DNA of 64,000 nucleotides, from contig OZ316895.1 in the NCBI GenBank assembly GCA_973895155.1, positions 22,828,558 through 22,892,557 on the forward strand, written 5' to 3'. Positions 1 through 13,031 of the stretch are shown here, one piece after another. Position 1 is the stretch's first letter. Each line of letters opens with the position of its first letter. Source of the stretch: Marsupella aquatica (taxonomy: Eukaryota; Plantae; Marchantiophyta). The position numbers and the translations under genes are program-made. Below the pieces are notes generated by a model that saw nothing but the letters and a program-made list of their open reading frames with translations, made no database searches and was not told where the DNA came from.

Positions 1-1111
1 CTAGTTTGGAGTTATTTCGCAATATCTCCAACACAGTCCGATACGTTTCCCACAAGAACTTGAACCAAGGCGTCACGAGCTCACGGTCAGATCGCTCCTT
101 CCCTTTCTCTCCGCTGACATAGCTGAGCATCAAATCCTCCGGCCTCTTCTCGGCTTCTAGATCTTCTATGTCCAAAGTTACCTCTAGCGCCTGAGCCTGA
201 GCTTGCTCTGCTCTCTCGCTGGAGAGCTTCAGAAAATACTTGATGACCTCCTCCAGAGATCCGACATTCACTTGCTGGCAGACAATACGGTACTGAATGA
301 GCCCGTCCTTGGCAAACCTGCCTTTCTTCATATCCACGCACAGCTCTACATACTTGAACATGATCCTTTCCAAAGTCTTCTGCCATGTTCTGTATCTCTT
401 GCTGGTGATCAAATCGTGCAGCGCTTGCAGTGCAGCCTGCTTCTGCCCGACGTTCATCAACTCTGTACCCACGTAGATTTCCCACAATCATCGCATCAGT
501 TACACCTTCCATCTCTGGATTCATATCGACATCCCGTATCTCGATCACCGGCCCCACGAACAAGTCAAGACCATTCTCGAGTAGACCTTCACACTGAAGA
601 AATCCTAGACAGGACAAATTTCCAGTAACGAGACACTCTCATAACCTAGGAAACTGCCCCCATCTATAACAACCCAAAATATGACCAGATCACCAACCAA
701 AAAGAAAAACCTTCAGCTAAACCTTCAGAGCGGGAATTTCCCAATCATGCATGCACTCACAAACGTTCGAAAACTGCCTACATCTGATGACAGAAAATCA
801 CTAAAACATGGCGACGAAACCATCGAAACATCACCAACACAACGAACCTAACGGATCACGACACCGAACCAGTCATGCAGTAAACTATAATGCATCGACA
901 CACTTCAGCGACAGAACCAAAGAAAGCGACGCTCTACAAACTGAAAGGGCCGAGAACACCAAACTCGCACCAAAACCTAATCGGAACAGCAGAGAAGAAG
1001 AAGAACAATGAAAAGAACACGGTTCTCACAACGCCAATCGACAGAATCACAAAATCTGCACTCACCTTCGGCACGCTTGAGCGCATTCTCGGGCTTCGCA
1101 AAGGTCGCCAT
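1..1111 (-). CDS. eIF3a: Eukaryotic translation initiation factor 3 subunit A, 5' part (continues beyond the window start)
   Basis: Exon 1 at 1111-1066 gives [15 protein letters not shown] with a GTGAG donor. Exon 2 runs from 462 (CAG acceptor) to the window edge and gives [67 protein letters not shown]...[29 protein letters not shown]. This matches the highly conserved plant eIF3a N-terminus. The ORF track misses it because of the intron. Confidence 0.96.
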
Positions 1112-1276
1112 GGTGGAAATCTCCTTCGGCTCCGACGAGCCACAGCGCAATCGCGCGAGTCAGATGTGTGAAGATCAGTCTAGAGCAAAGCGAGGCCTCT
1201 CCCACAGAAACCTCCTGTTCGTCCAGCAGAGTAGGAAAGACGGTAACAGGGTGATGGACGGTGAGCCTCTCCCCGT

Positions 1277-1468
1277 AACCCTAAACGCCGTAACCCTGAA
1301 AGCCTGAGGGAGAGTCTCTCTATATACTCCAACCAAAATACTCTACTTATGGTTTTATAAACGTGCCCAGATGCGCGTAGACGATTGAAGAGCTTGTTGT
1401 GGCACTATTTCTCAGATCTCACATTTTCTCCTTATTGTCTGAGCTTCACTTCGGCATTGTGATGGGCC
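1277..1468. promoter_or_regulatory. Telo-box-like (AACCCTAAA, 1277-1285) and site II-like (TGGGCC, 1463-1468) motifs upstream of eIF3a
   Basis: Both motifs are seen directly. The telo-box plus site II pairing is typical of plant translation-machinery promoters. The motifs are short, so chance cannot be excluded. Confidence 0.4.
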
Positions 1469-2479
1469 CAGAAGGTGTTCTGTGAACAGGCTGTCGAACT
1501 GGTATGAATTCTAAATATTTTGAGCTTATTGTAACCACATAGCCTTGGTCACGGGCCTGGGTTTTTTATTTACACTCTATGTGCATTGTTTGCAAGAGTG
1601 ATGTCCAGATTGAAAGGCAATCTTGGAGAGGTAGGGAGACATGGCTTTCTAAAGCATATCAATTGTGGCAATTTCTTCTCCACCCAGAGGAAAAGGCTGC
1701 CCCCACTTCTCTAGTCAATTGCCCCTCTCAGCTTCACTATTAGAAATGGAAGAGTCGACAACAGCTTCATGAGAAGTTTTGCAAGTCTGAGCCAATGGAT
1801 GATGGGAAGACTGATGGAACTCTATGTAGGTTTTCCAGTGGAGACTTGGCCTTGTGCCTCTTTGTACCCGTTTGGGCTGGTCCTGGTTTTATTGACTTGC
1901 ATCTCTCCACATTTTCCCAAAAAACAAAAGATGGGAAGACTGATATCATAGCACACACACCAAAACAAAACAAAACAAAACAAAAACCACCACCACCAAA
2001 AATGATTGGTTCCACTCACTCTTTTCAACTACTTGAAATAAATCCCGCTCCTAAAGCTTTGTGTGCAACAATCACACAAAGTTCTGACATAAACAAGGGC
2101 CCTCTAGTGCTCCAAATTCGGCTTGACTACACTAGGTTCCCTTCAAGTAGTGCTTACAAAGTATGCAGATCTAAAATAATACACTTATTGAATTCTTTTG
2201 AAAGCGTTTGTTGTCAGTTTCCGTTGCACTTTTCTTCCGCAGATATGGTAGTAGGTTTGGACTTGCAATAATCTATCAATGTTGAAGCTCTAAAATTTCC
2301 ATTCAATTGTCTGCCTCTTATTCCAATTCAAGCTTAACAAAGTCATACTTTGAACACTGCATTTAGATGCAAATGGTAGAGTGTAAGGGCATGGGCGACT
2401 AGTAAGACTAGAAGATGTAGCTCTATTTTCTCAATCTTGGATATTTTGTGACTCTTGCCCTTGCAATCTCCACATGCAT

Positions 2480-2780
2480 GTCTCTCCATCATCTGTGCAG
2501 AAAATTGGTCAGTAGAGTAGTAGCCATGAAAGTAATGTTGAGCTTTGGCTTAACAAAGTTAAATAGTTTCATTAGCCTCTGCCACTTTTGCTTCATCCCA
2601 CCAATAACCCAGTCCACTTGTACCCAACGTGCATTTTGTTGAAGAAATTCACCATGCTCTGATGTTACCCGTAGGTAAGCCCTGATTCCAACCTTGCTGA
2701 ATCTTCTCATCGCAAACTTCTCCATGCTGGTGTACCCTTGGTCAAGTAAAGTTAGAGCATCCTGGCTGGTTTGCAAATAG
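2480..2780 (-). pseudogene. Degenerate PIF/Harbinger-type (DDE_Tnp_4-like) transposase C-terminal fragment
   Basis: The ORF at 2489-2776 reads LLDQGYTSMEKFAMRR...NARWVQVDWVIGGMKQKWQRLMKLF...TTLLTNFLHR. This resembles the D-x-G-Y ... R-x-x-V-E-x-x-I-G-x-L-K-x-K-W-R-x-L ... L-x-N-F motif series of HARBI1/PIF transposases. Surrounding frames are broken by stops. Confidence 0.6.
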
Positions 2781-5312
2781 ATGTAGCATTGAACGCCAAA
2801 GTAGTTGAAAGCCCATTTTACACAAACTCTCTATGCCTTATGGAGATTTTTCAGTTAACTTCTCAAAGAAGGGCAATTCATGATCAAAGTTTGTTGTTCA
2901 TTGGGTACTAGGTAGAGTGAAGCCATATGCCATCATTTCCATGGTAACATAATCTCATTTATATGTGGGCTTCTTGTGAGTAGGGATGGAGTCTAGCTAC
3001 TATGGGGAACCCTTATGTGTATATACATGTGTATTGGGCTAGTTTGAACATTGTAGGCATCGATAAGCACTTCCGCCTTGGAACCCAAATGAGTAGAGGG
3101 TGTTGGTTTGAGGGCCTCTCAATAGACCCCCGTTTGTGAACCTCCTATGTGATTCACTCGAGAGCTTTACCAAACTTTTCAATTTTCTGCCTAGTTTCTT
3201 TTTAGTTGGGTTTTAGTTTATTCTACTTGGAGGGGTTTTTGCCCAAAAAGCCCATGAGGGGTGTGTCTCCTCTGCTGGCACCTATGTTCTATTGCCACTC
3301 TGATACACGTTTGCAATCAAATGTTTTTGGTCATGGGCCTACATTAGTATTGTTGTACCAATCGATCAGATGCCATTAAAGCCAGTCAGCAATTTCGACA
3401 AAAAGTGACGATCCATCCATCCATCCAATCCAAGCTACTATAAACAGAAAACTTAATCTTGCATGTCCATATGAGATTGGGCGAGACTCAGTGTCGCAAC
3501 CCCTCGTCACGAGGCCGTCTGAATGAATTGAGGGGAGGAGTCGTATGGCAGCGCAAGGATTCGAACCCGCGACCTCGAAAGCTCTGTGCTACAAGGAAAT
3601 AGCAGAACCCGTCCAGACACTTGGTAGGGTACAGAAAATCCTCCACGTCAGAAGCAACCCAATCAGCCGGGGTTCGAAACTGGTAGACGACCGCGGGGCC
3701 AATGAGGAGACTCTGAAACTTGTCGTAGGGTTTTAGGTCGAGATAGATCTACTGTAGAGGGAAGGTGGAATAGGAACAGTCTGTTTCGGAGGCTTGCCGT
3801 TCGTCGACGCAAACCGGACCGTCTCGGATTCGTTCCGTCTGAGAGCTGTGTTAGACACGTTTGTTGCCGCCGCAGACGGTTCTAATCGTGTTTTCGTTGT
3901 ACTTCCTGCGATTTCCTTCAGAACACGACTGATAGACGAATCGAGAAAGGGCCCAAGATGACTAGTGTGCAGTTGTCAGCTCAAGAGGAGGAACGTGAAA
4001 TCCACGGAGAGGGATATGAAATTGGTGTCACTGTGGTGTAAGTAGCTCTTGATGGATTATTTTGGTGTAGTGTAGTGCGATCGGAAGGAAGGATGGAAGA
4101 GTGGATGAGGGAGAGTAGAGGAGCAAAGCACTGAGATTAGTGTTGTTTGCTGAGGTTTTTGGAGTTGGAGGAGGTCTGTTCTGGCTTCTGGTCTGCGCGG
4201 CTTATCAAATCAAGAGGATTCATCAAAGGAAGTGAGGTAATGATCCAGACCTCTGGACCCGGCAGCCAGAGAAGAGTATGCTGTTCCAGGAAATTGTATG
4301 ATTGTACTCATTTTGGGGAGCCACGATGTGATTATCTGACAGAAAGCACCAGATATAGGCTCTGGGAAGTATATGGGGGCAGATCCAGTGCGGAGATTAT
4401 ACTTTGTGCATCCAGGTTACAGGCCTTCATCTCAATTGGCTAAGTTTTCTGAGCGAAAATTGTGATGTTTGTTTTCTGAGTTCTTGGAATCGTAAATGTT
4501 GCCTTGGATGACTTCCGGACCTCTTGAATCCTTCATTTTGAACCAATATGGTACGTTTTGTCCTTGGACCTATATTTCTCCGGCCGATCACATGTATTCT
4601 TAATCAGAGTATTTATCTTTTCGGGGCTACTGGCACTGATTTTGCACATAAGAGATCATAGGCTTACAGTGACACAGATGCTTAGTGACACAGATGCTTA
4701 CCAATCAGTTTGATTTCTTTTTGGAGTTTTTTTCGGGGGTTTTGGACATGAGTGGAGACGAAGCTTTTAGTGTCTTAAGGATGTGGAAACAGTCTTGCTT
4801 ACTGTTGCGAAGTGAAGTTTCTGGGTTCTCTCGTCGGACTGGGACATACTATTGACAACTGGGAGCTCCTTTGTTCGTAAACGATATGATGAAAAGTAGG
4901 TGACTTTTAGATCTGGACGAATGCAGACAGATTACCAAATTTTTACTCACGATTATTGACATTCATGGCCGTTGAGGGGAAAAAATGAACGAAGGCTAAA
5001 AATATGTCTTGGAGTTGTAGTTTTGGTGAGTTGACATTATCAGGATCTACTCAACTAAATGGCCGTTTCTATACTTTGGTTGATTCTGATGCAGTTTGCG
5101 GAGATAGTGATCTCCTGAATGACAGTAATTGTAGCAGAGTTTAATGGCACCATTTGCAGGTCCCTATAGAACTGATAATCACTCTGGAGTTGGACTTTCT
5201 TTTCTGAAGTTTTGCTTTTTGCCTTCTTCAGAGCCGAAGACTGGAAGTGACAATTAGGGCCAGTAGGTGACAATGGGCGCGGTGGAGGGGGAAATCCAAA
5301 GAATGGTGCAGG

Positions 5313-8300
5313 ATGACGTCCGAATTGACAATTAGGGCAAGCAGGGAGGTTCTGATGGGTTTGGAGGACCAAGGGGGAGTAGAGCGGCTGCAGCAGAAAT
5401 TTCAGTTTTCGCAATGGAGAGCGAACATGGCAGCAACGAAAGAGAGGCTGAGGGAGAGGTTTCGGGTGGCATCAGTGCCACAGCGTTTTCTGCGACAGTC
5501 CCAGAGGCTTCAGCCAGGAGGAGGGGTCGGTTTGCGGGGGGCCACCGCCACCGGTCTAGTGGTCGCTCGTGTGTTTCAGGGGAACATTGTCTTGGCTCGC
5601 ATGGCCCGGAGCATGGCTAGAAACGAGTGGCAGAAGCGGATGGGCAAATTTGGCGAGTTCTTGCCCACGTTTCGGACCTTTGCGGCTTCAGTGACCGTCG
5701 GATCTGCTGCAGCGTTTTCAGAGCCTGCTCAAGCTGAGGCGCTAGAATTGCCATCTGCCTCATATCATCTTGCAAATTCGGAGGTGTCAATTACCCTAAA
5801 GCGACAGAGGTCGGGGCAATCAGGTTAGTGAATGATATTATGTTCGGATGAATGAATAATTTTTATGGTGAAGCCTCTGGAGTTAGCACCCTTGGGGAAG
5901 TTCGTTAGTAGCCAATGATTATCATTGCAAATGGGGAGGGACAGAAGTTTCATTCTCTCTGCACCTACCAACAGAGGAGTCACTTAGCTAGAGAGTCAGG
6001 CCTCCGGGTTTTCTGGAGCTATTTACGAGCTCTTCAAGTCGGTGAATCACCACACTGGAAGCTTTGCAGAACTGATTACTATTGCATTTATGAGTGAGAG
6101 AGAGACTACATGACTGTTAGCGGACTCTGATTGCCACTTTCTTAATGATGTATTTCAGCAATGATATTGTCGGGTGATCAGCCTTCTACCGAGACAGAAG
6201 AAATTGGACTCTTCCGAGACGATTCTGCATTTTTGAAAATGATGCAGGCGGTCGCGATTCCTCTCATAGGAAACGCTTGTCATATTTTCATGCACGGCCT
6301 TAATTCTACAGAGGTGAATTTCTTCTCCATGCCTACCAGGTGGCATCTGTGTTACTGCCCTTTCAAAGTTCATCCAACGTTTTTTCTGAACTCCCGGTTC
6401 CCGATAGTCCATAAGATGATTATCCCTCTCTACATTTTCAATTGAGGACACAATTGAAATCGTATATCTTCCACTTCAATGCTCCTAGATTCTTCATAAC
6501 TCTTCTCGGAACTCAATCCATCTCAACTGGCATGATTATTGCTGTAGTTTTTGAAGACTGAGGTTCATCAATGATAACTTATCCCAGGCACAACATAGCA
6601 CTGCAAGTTTTGGTTTGATCCATTATTATGTGTAGGTTTATGGCGCCGAGAAAATGCAAGAAGCGGTATTTAATCGACCTCCCGGCCAGCCCCTGATTAC
6701 CGTGAGTCCTGCAATACCTTTAATTTGAGAAGTGTAGTTGACAACCACGGTCATTGGCTTATTTGCTGCTTTGGTGCTGACTGTCTTGGGATTGAAACCT
6801 TAGTGGGACTATATTGGTGGAATTTACTTGCAGGTCAGTAACCATACAGCAGCTGTGGATGATCCATTTGTGATATCTTCAGTGCTACCGCCATATAAGC
6901 TACTGAACGCAAGTAACTTGAGATGGACGCTATGTGCCACGGAGAAATGCTTCTCCAGTCCTGCCATTTCCGCGTTCTTCCGCAGTGTGAAAGTGCTTCC
7001 ACTCACTCAGGGACACGGGGTTTTCCAAGAGGTAGAGGACAGTACTTTTTGCATTTCAGTGGGCTGGGAAATCAAGTTTCTTGTTTTACCTGCACACACG
7101 ACTTCCCAGATCTACCTGAATTTTATTGACAAATAAATTCCACGGGTGAGCTCCATCGAACAGCGTCATTCGAGGAAGATCGCTCGTATCACCTCCTGCA
7201 CCCTGAAGTGTAATCTGATATTTTTGGATAATTGACGCGTATTTGCTTCTTCAGGGCATGGAAGTGGCGCTCACGAAATTGAATCGTGGTGAATGGGTGC
7301 ACATTTTTCCGGAGGGTAGTCGTTCTCGCGATGGAAGTCTTCAGCTTTTCAAAAGGGGAGTGGGCAGGTAGATTCCCCGAACAACCTTTCTAGCATGGAT
7401 CTCTTCGATCTTTATGGTATCTTTGACTAGTTGATCTCTCAGAGGCTCATGGGTAGTTGGAAGAAGTCCCAACACACTTATGAGGCTGGATAATTGGAAA
7501 CCAGTGCTCAAGGTGACAGTCTGGTCGTTCTAAAGTTGTGAATTTTGATATTGGTAGAGCTACAAAGAGTTCCTGTGTAAACTTCATTGCCGCGCTTTTA
7601 CAAGTGACAGAGGAGTCTCGTAGATATTGTAATATTGTCCCTTTACTGCAATTGGAATGTGTATTTCAATCACGGCATTTGGCAATCTGTCATGTAGGCT
7701 TGTTCTTGATGCGGACAATCTACCTCTTGTGGTACCATTCATCCACAAAGGCATGAATGACGTGATGCCTATCGGACAAAAAATGTTTTCGGCTGGAAAA
7801 AAGGTAAAAGATGAAGGACATTACTTTGTAGTTAAGAAATATGTCAATCGCATATCAATCAATGTCGATGCCAGTGGTTGTGCTTTCTATACATTCTGTA
7901 CAATTGTTCTCGCTTGTGCTGCTATATGGCATGATTATGTCACGTTCCTTATTGTCAGTACACGATTATGCTTAATTAGGTTCGGATGTTTGGTGCAGGT
8001 CACTGTTCTCGTAGGTGATCCTATCTATGTTGATGACCTTGTCAAGAAACACTTGGAAGAAGGGTTATCGAAGGCTGTTCTATATGATGCCATTGCTTTG
8101 CGAGTTGAAGCCACAATGTGGAGGATGAAGAAGGAGCTCGATGATCTTATTGCGCAAAGTAACCAACTGGCTAGCGAGAAAGCCTGTATGAGGGTGGAGA
8201 TGGCCGAGAAGGTACAGGGAATCTGGCAGTATGCAGATTGGGAGGCACAGGGCTTTCTTGTTGATGACGTTAGCACTAGAGCTAAATCGGTGATTGCTTC

Positions 8301-8607
8301 AAATCATGTGAGTGAAGACGATTGTAGGTTGACTCGTGAGAGTTCAATCAGTGCTCAAGATTTGAGTGCTGGTAGACTGGACAGTCCGCCATATCCCGGT
8401 GATGGTGGTGAATTGCGTTTGACAGATATTTACAGTGGGGCATTGAATAGAATTCAGTCCGGGGTAGACCCGTCCATGTTCATGGGATTTGCAGCCAGGG
8501 GTCTGGTGGCAAGTCGGGCTAAGCTGGATGATGGGCTGGAAAGTTTGAGTCGGAGATACTGGAGACAGATGTCTGCCCTTGAAAGCACTGCTTGGCACAC
8601 CTGCTAG
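5313..8607 (+). CDS. TAZ: Tafazzin-family phospholipid/glycerol acyltransferase (cardiolipin remodelling type)
   Basis: Exons are 5313 (or a later ATG)-5823, 6159-6313, 6636-6701, 6834-7031, 7255-7367, 7698-7803 and 7999-8607, all GT-AG and in phase. Motifs include AVAIPLIGNACHIFMHGLN, the acyltransferase HxxxxD motif VSNHTAAVDDP, LRWTLCA, WVHIFPEGSRSRDG and VVPFIHKGM. The exact start codon is uncertain. Confidence 0.93.
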
Positions 8608-8996
8608 GTATGGACAGGCAAGGTAGTGAGGGCACTGAATGTATATAGAGAGGGTAGTGCTGCTCACCTACTGTGGCATGCTTGAACCTACCAGTTTTGA
8701 CACGAAGGTATATGAGGTTAGGCTATCCACAGTTGGTACGGTAGGTCAATGGAGTCCACCTCTGAGTTAGAATTTGGAAAATCCAACATGTCATGGATCC
8801 AGAGCTTCACTTTGTGAACCAGTCTACTGAAATACAAGATGACTGCAGTGGGCGATTTAAATCCTAGAAGGGGCATGCATTCGCTCACCTTGAGTTGTCC
8901 TGGGTTTTTTGCCTGATCATGTTAATGTGTATCCTATTTTGTTTCTGCCTAAACAAATTTTGTGATCACTCAGTTTCCCTAAATGTCTCCTCGGGG

Positions 8997-9180
8997 GTCT
9001 CACTATATGGGGACCTCCCCATCGTCTGCGACGTTTTTAGGGCTCGGACCCCCTAAAATGTAAGAAAAACAATTATTTTTTAACCCTTATAAAGTTGGAA
9101 TATTTTTGGAATATTCTAAAAACCAAATTAAAAAGACCTTAATGTTAAGTTTTAAAATTGAATTTGAAAGACCCTATTGT
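8997..9180 (+). repeat. Dispersed repeat, copy 1 (second copy at ~55922-56100)
   Basis: GTCTCACTATATGGGGACCTCCCCATCGTCTGCGACG...AATGTAAGAAAAACAATT...TTGGAATATTC aligns by eye with GTCTCATTATATGGAGACCTCCCCATCACATGCAACA...AATGTAAGAAAAACAATT...TTGGAATATTC at 55922. It is probably a transposon end. Confidence 0.7.
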
Positions 9181-9369
9181 TCTTCTACAAAAATTCTTAA
9201 GTCTTCTCTTAAAACCAATAAAATGACCATATTCTTCGTCGCACGTGATATGTCATTTTTGTGGAAGTGAAACCCCCGAGAATGACTCCAAAAGTGCTAC
9301 CCTGTACCACCTTAAAAATGAGACTCTGACCATATTCCACAAAATGTTCAGTCGCTCATACCATCAAGA

Positions 9370-9416
9370 CTTTCATATGAGAGAGAGAGAGACTCATACC
9401 ATCAAGACTTTCATAT

Positions 9417-9448
<32 letters not shown>

Positions 9449-12400
9449 TCAAACTATGCATTTAACATATACATCACACCCCAGGTCCAAATGTTACCTT
9501 GCTACTCAACATCAATATACCCATACATATCGTTTGCATATACACATATTCATGCACATGTACATACTCATCCTTTTCCATATATCACCCATACATATTG
9601 TTTGCATATACACATATTCATGCACATGTACATACTCTGGCCATGCAAGAGCTGACTACCTTGGCAGTGACCCTTGGGGCTAATGGATGTGTCATACCTA
9701 GGATTTATCGTCTCATGTTGAGATTCTGCATGGAACAGATGCTCTCGGGTACGCATTTTGACATACAATTTTTTATTCCACTACTGCAGGAGAAGGCGTT
9801 TGTCCAACGCCCGACATACCCTGACGCTTAGCAATGTTCATTCACACCACAGCCTGGAGTTAGTTCGTATTCCATTTTGTCTGAGGTTTGTGTTGCCATT
9901 TCGCTTTGCACACACATTACTGTGGCTAGGGGTTTTTCATTTTACATGGGGTAAGATACCATTCAATAGAATACTTCTTGGAACAAGTTCTTTTGAATGC
10001 GGACAAGGATATACCATGTTTTGTTCTTCTCATCAAAAAGCAAGTATGAATGAGTTTTTCTTCGAATGGCAAGGTGAATGAGATACATGGCCCTACTCTA
10101 GTAGGCAATCTTTTGGATGCTTTTGACAGAGGAGCGAGAAGAGAGTCTACATTTTATAGGAGAGTATGGTATGCACTTCCCTCTAGGATGAGTGCATACC
10201 ATGCTCATCCTAGAGGGAAGCTCCATACCATGGGTATATTGTGGTGGGAGCTCTCTCTCTCTCTCTCGTAAGGATAATGTGGTGAACATGGATATCACAA
10301 AACAAATCATGGACCTTATCACTAGGATGTTACGACGGTCATACAGGCCACCATGTAAAGTCATAATTGTACATATGTTTTTTTTCTAACACAGGGTAAA
10401 TACTAATGGAATACCTTATTCAACGGTCTGGGGCCCCATGCACTAAACATATTCCTCAATAATGGCGCCAAACTTTCATGCCACTATGATATCTGCCAAA
10501 ACCCCTATCTCTATAGGGGTCACTACACATGACCACAAGGGAGCTAAAGCAGAGTCAACAGTGAGAATACTTTGGGAAGCTTTTGAACACTGGATACTCT
10601 ACTAACTCCCACAAAAGCAAAGATGTTGTGAGAAGCTTTTGGACACCAAATACTCTGCCAACTCCTATAAGAGCAATGATGTTGTGAGAAATCTGCACCA
10701 ACAGTGTGCTCTGATTGACAGCGTGTGGGGTCTGCACAAAGGAATCACTATACATTGCTCCAGGCCAGGCTCGTGGGTCCACTAATTGACGATAACAATG
10801 GGTAGCAACAGTCCAAAGGTGCACAACAAAAGCAAAATCTATTTTCTTTCATTTTGTTAACATTTTATGCATGCATTCATAAGCATTTGACTCACATAGA
10901 TTGGATAGAGAACAAACGACTCGCTCTTCCTTCGGCCATGTCTCCCCGTGGCAATCCGGACAAGCTACATAAACATGATACATGAAAAGATTCATATACA
11001 AATCATTTTCAACTTGGTGACGAAGGCACCAGGATGTGGATTATCTATGTCAGATAATAATCCTTGAGGAAGGGCTATGGTCAATACTCTGTGCCTTGAG
11101 ACTAGGCACATGAGCATACTGTCGTATGGCCATCCGGGGTAAATAGCTTACCCAGGGAATAGATGTATGCACTAATAACTTTATGAGATCACCACTGACT
11201 ATTGTTGCATAAATGAATGGCTATATGTCTATAAAAACTACCTTTCTGGATTGAAGACCTGGTGTGCCTACTTTATGGTTGCTCAATAGTCTAGGATAAT
11301 GGACTCGGGATGCAGTAAGGAAAATGAGTGAATGAAATGAATGGAATGAGGTTTCTATCTACGAATGACTTGATGCATGTGAGTCGCGGAACTCGACTAC
11401 CTTAACACTTAGCTCCGGCGTCGTTGACTCCGACGCCGAGCTCCCTTATGGTCCAGGCCCGGATAGGCTATCCGGGGAGGACTTAGCATGGGGAGACTTG
11501 TGGGCAATGAGACGTGGCACTAGCGAGGCAAGGGGCCAAGCTGGGGACACACACTAAGGACTTGGACTAGCCTATGGCTGGTTGGGTCAAGGGAAAATGG
11601 GCCGGGCTCAAGGATGGCCGTCCGGACCATCGGATGGGCTTTCAGTTCTGAAGGCTTGGGAGTGAGCTCCTCTTGGGCCCAAGGCCAATGGAGTTTATGC
11701 CATTGGCAACGGACGCTTGGGGGGCAAGTTGTGGCCCGATCCGGGTTAGGCCGGTCGGGGGCCCCGAGCGGTGATCACACCTGAGGGCCTAGGCATGAGC
11801 ACTGGGTCGGCCCGGTCACAACAGGCTAAGGCACTCCGCTTGCGGATGCCTATCAAGAAAGTTATGGGCATTGCCAATTGGTGGCGCGCCCATTATGCGC
11901 GATGGGATCTGGGTTGGGGGCCAAATGTTTCGGGACCAAAGCTGGTCCAGGGGTGGCAGGTCCCCAGAAGCATATATGAGGGGAGTGGTGTCGCCCAGGG
12001 GGCTAAGGGCGAGCCGAAGTCATGAGTCGCGGCGGTTGCGACACTAAGGGAAACCACCAAACGGAAATTGCGATATCTTCCCAACGGGAAGTTCGTTGGA
12101 GGATTTCTTAGGTGCGTTGGAAAGCTCTTGAAGAGGGCTACGCCCTTCTGAGCTCAACTGGGTCTGGGGGTGCCATGGGTTCTCGTGGTTTGCGGGCGTT
12201 AGCTCGCCTGTTTGCCAAATCCTGTCGAACAGCAGCCAAGTCGCGTTCAGCCTCCCAAGGGAGCTTGCGTTGGGAGGCAAGGCCAAGTAGGTATGGAGGC
12301 TGAGTCCCAAGGGAGCTCGGTCCCTAGACCATCAGTAGGGCAAACCAGGAGTCGATGTTAGAGTCGGGGCCGTTCTGGTCCCGGCGTGTTGAGACAAGCT

Positions 12401-12991
12401 TGGGACAAGCTTTAGGATAAGCTACGCTATTTGGGCCATGAGCATGTCCTGAGGTCAGGGCGGTCAGTTGGTGATAGATAGGTACGAGGGGGAACCCGGG
12501 CCGCGCCCAAGGAAAGAGCTATCCTGGACGGACAGTGGGCGTGGGTTCTGGTTCTGGCTTATGGCATCGGGAGGACCTATTGCTGACCTATTTACCAACG
12601 TCTGTTGAGCTTGAGTTAGGATGCTAGACGTGGCGAGTCAGATCCGGAGGGGTTACTTACTGAGGTGTTTGGTTGCTTGTGCAGACAGTGAGGACCGTTG
12701 AGTAGCGGTCGTGTAGGTGAGCAAGTGCGGCTTCGTATGGGAGTGGCCACAGGTGGTGCTAGAGGCACTTGGATGCTTGCTCGAGGTATTCCGTGGAGGC
12801 GTTTGGGCACCAAGGGCACTTAGGCGCAAGTGCTGGGATTGATGAGGGCGCTGGGTGGCAAGGTCCACCACTATGTGCACATCCATGTGTTGTTATCTCC
12901 CTATCCTGACCCGTGTTGCCTTGACTGTGTATATGATTTGTCAATGTGAAGTATTGACTTGGCCTTGAATGGGTGTCGACTCTTTGACATA

Positions 12992-13031
<40 letters not shown>

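Noticed and set aside
87-628. ORF-track proteins 87..617 (-) and 203..628 (+)
   Set aside because: These are off-frame or antisense shadows of eIF3a exon 2.
3546-3620. Intact tRNA gene
   Set aside because: Only a T-loop/3'-end-like piece is present, and no acceptor 5' strand, D-arm or anticodon arm could be folded.
3440-3800. Telomerase RNA candidate (minus-strand CCTAAAACCCT template-like motif at ~3727-3737)
   Set aside because: No USE (TCCCACATCG-like) or TATA type-3 Pol III promoter is visible upstream, and there is no G-rich 5' end to close the long stem. A telo-box is the simpler explanation.
9001-9030. CACTA transposon terminus (CACTATATGG...)
   Set aside because: No matching inverted end was found in the window. 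The second copy reads CATTA and homology extends upstream (GTCT) beyond the motif, so it is kept only as a dispersed repeat.
9245-9831. His/Tyr/Ile-rich ORFs
   Set aside because: They are translations of microsatellite and tandem low-complexity DNA.
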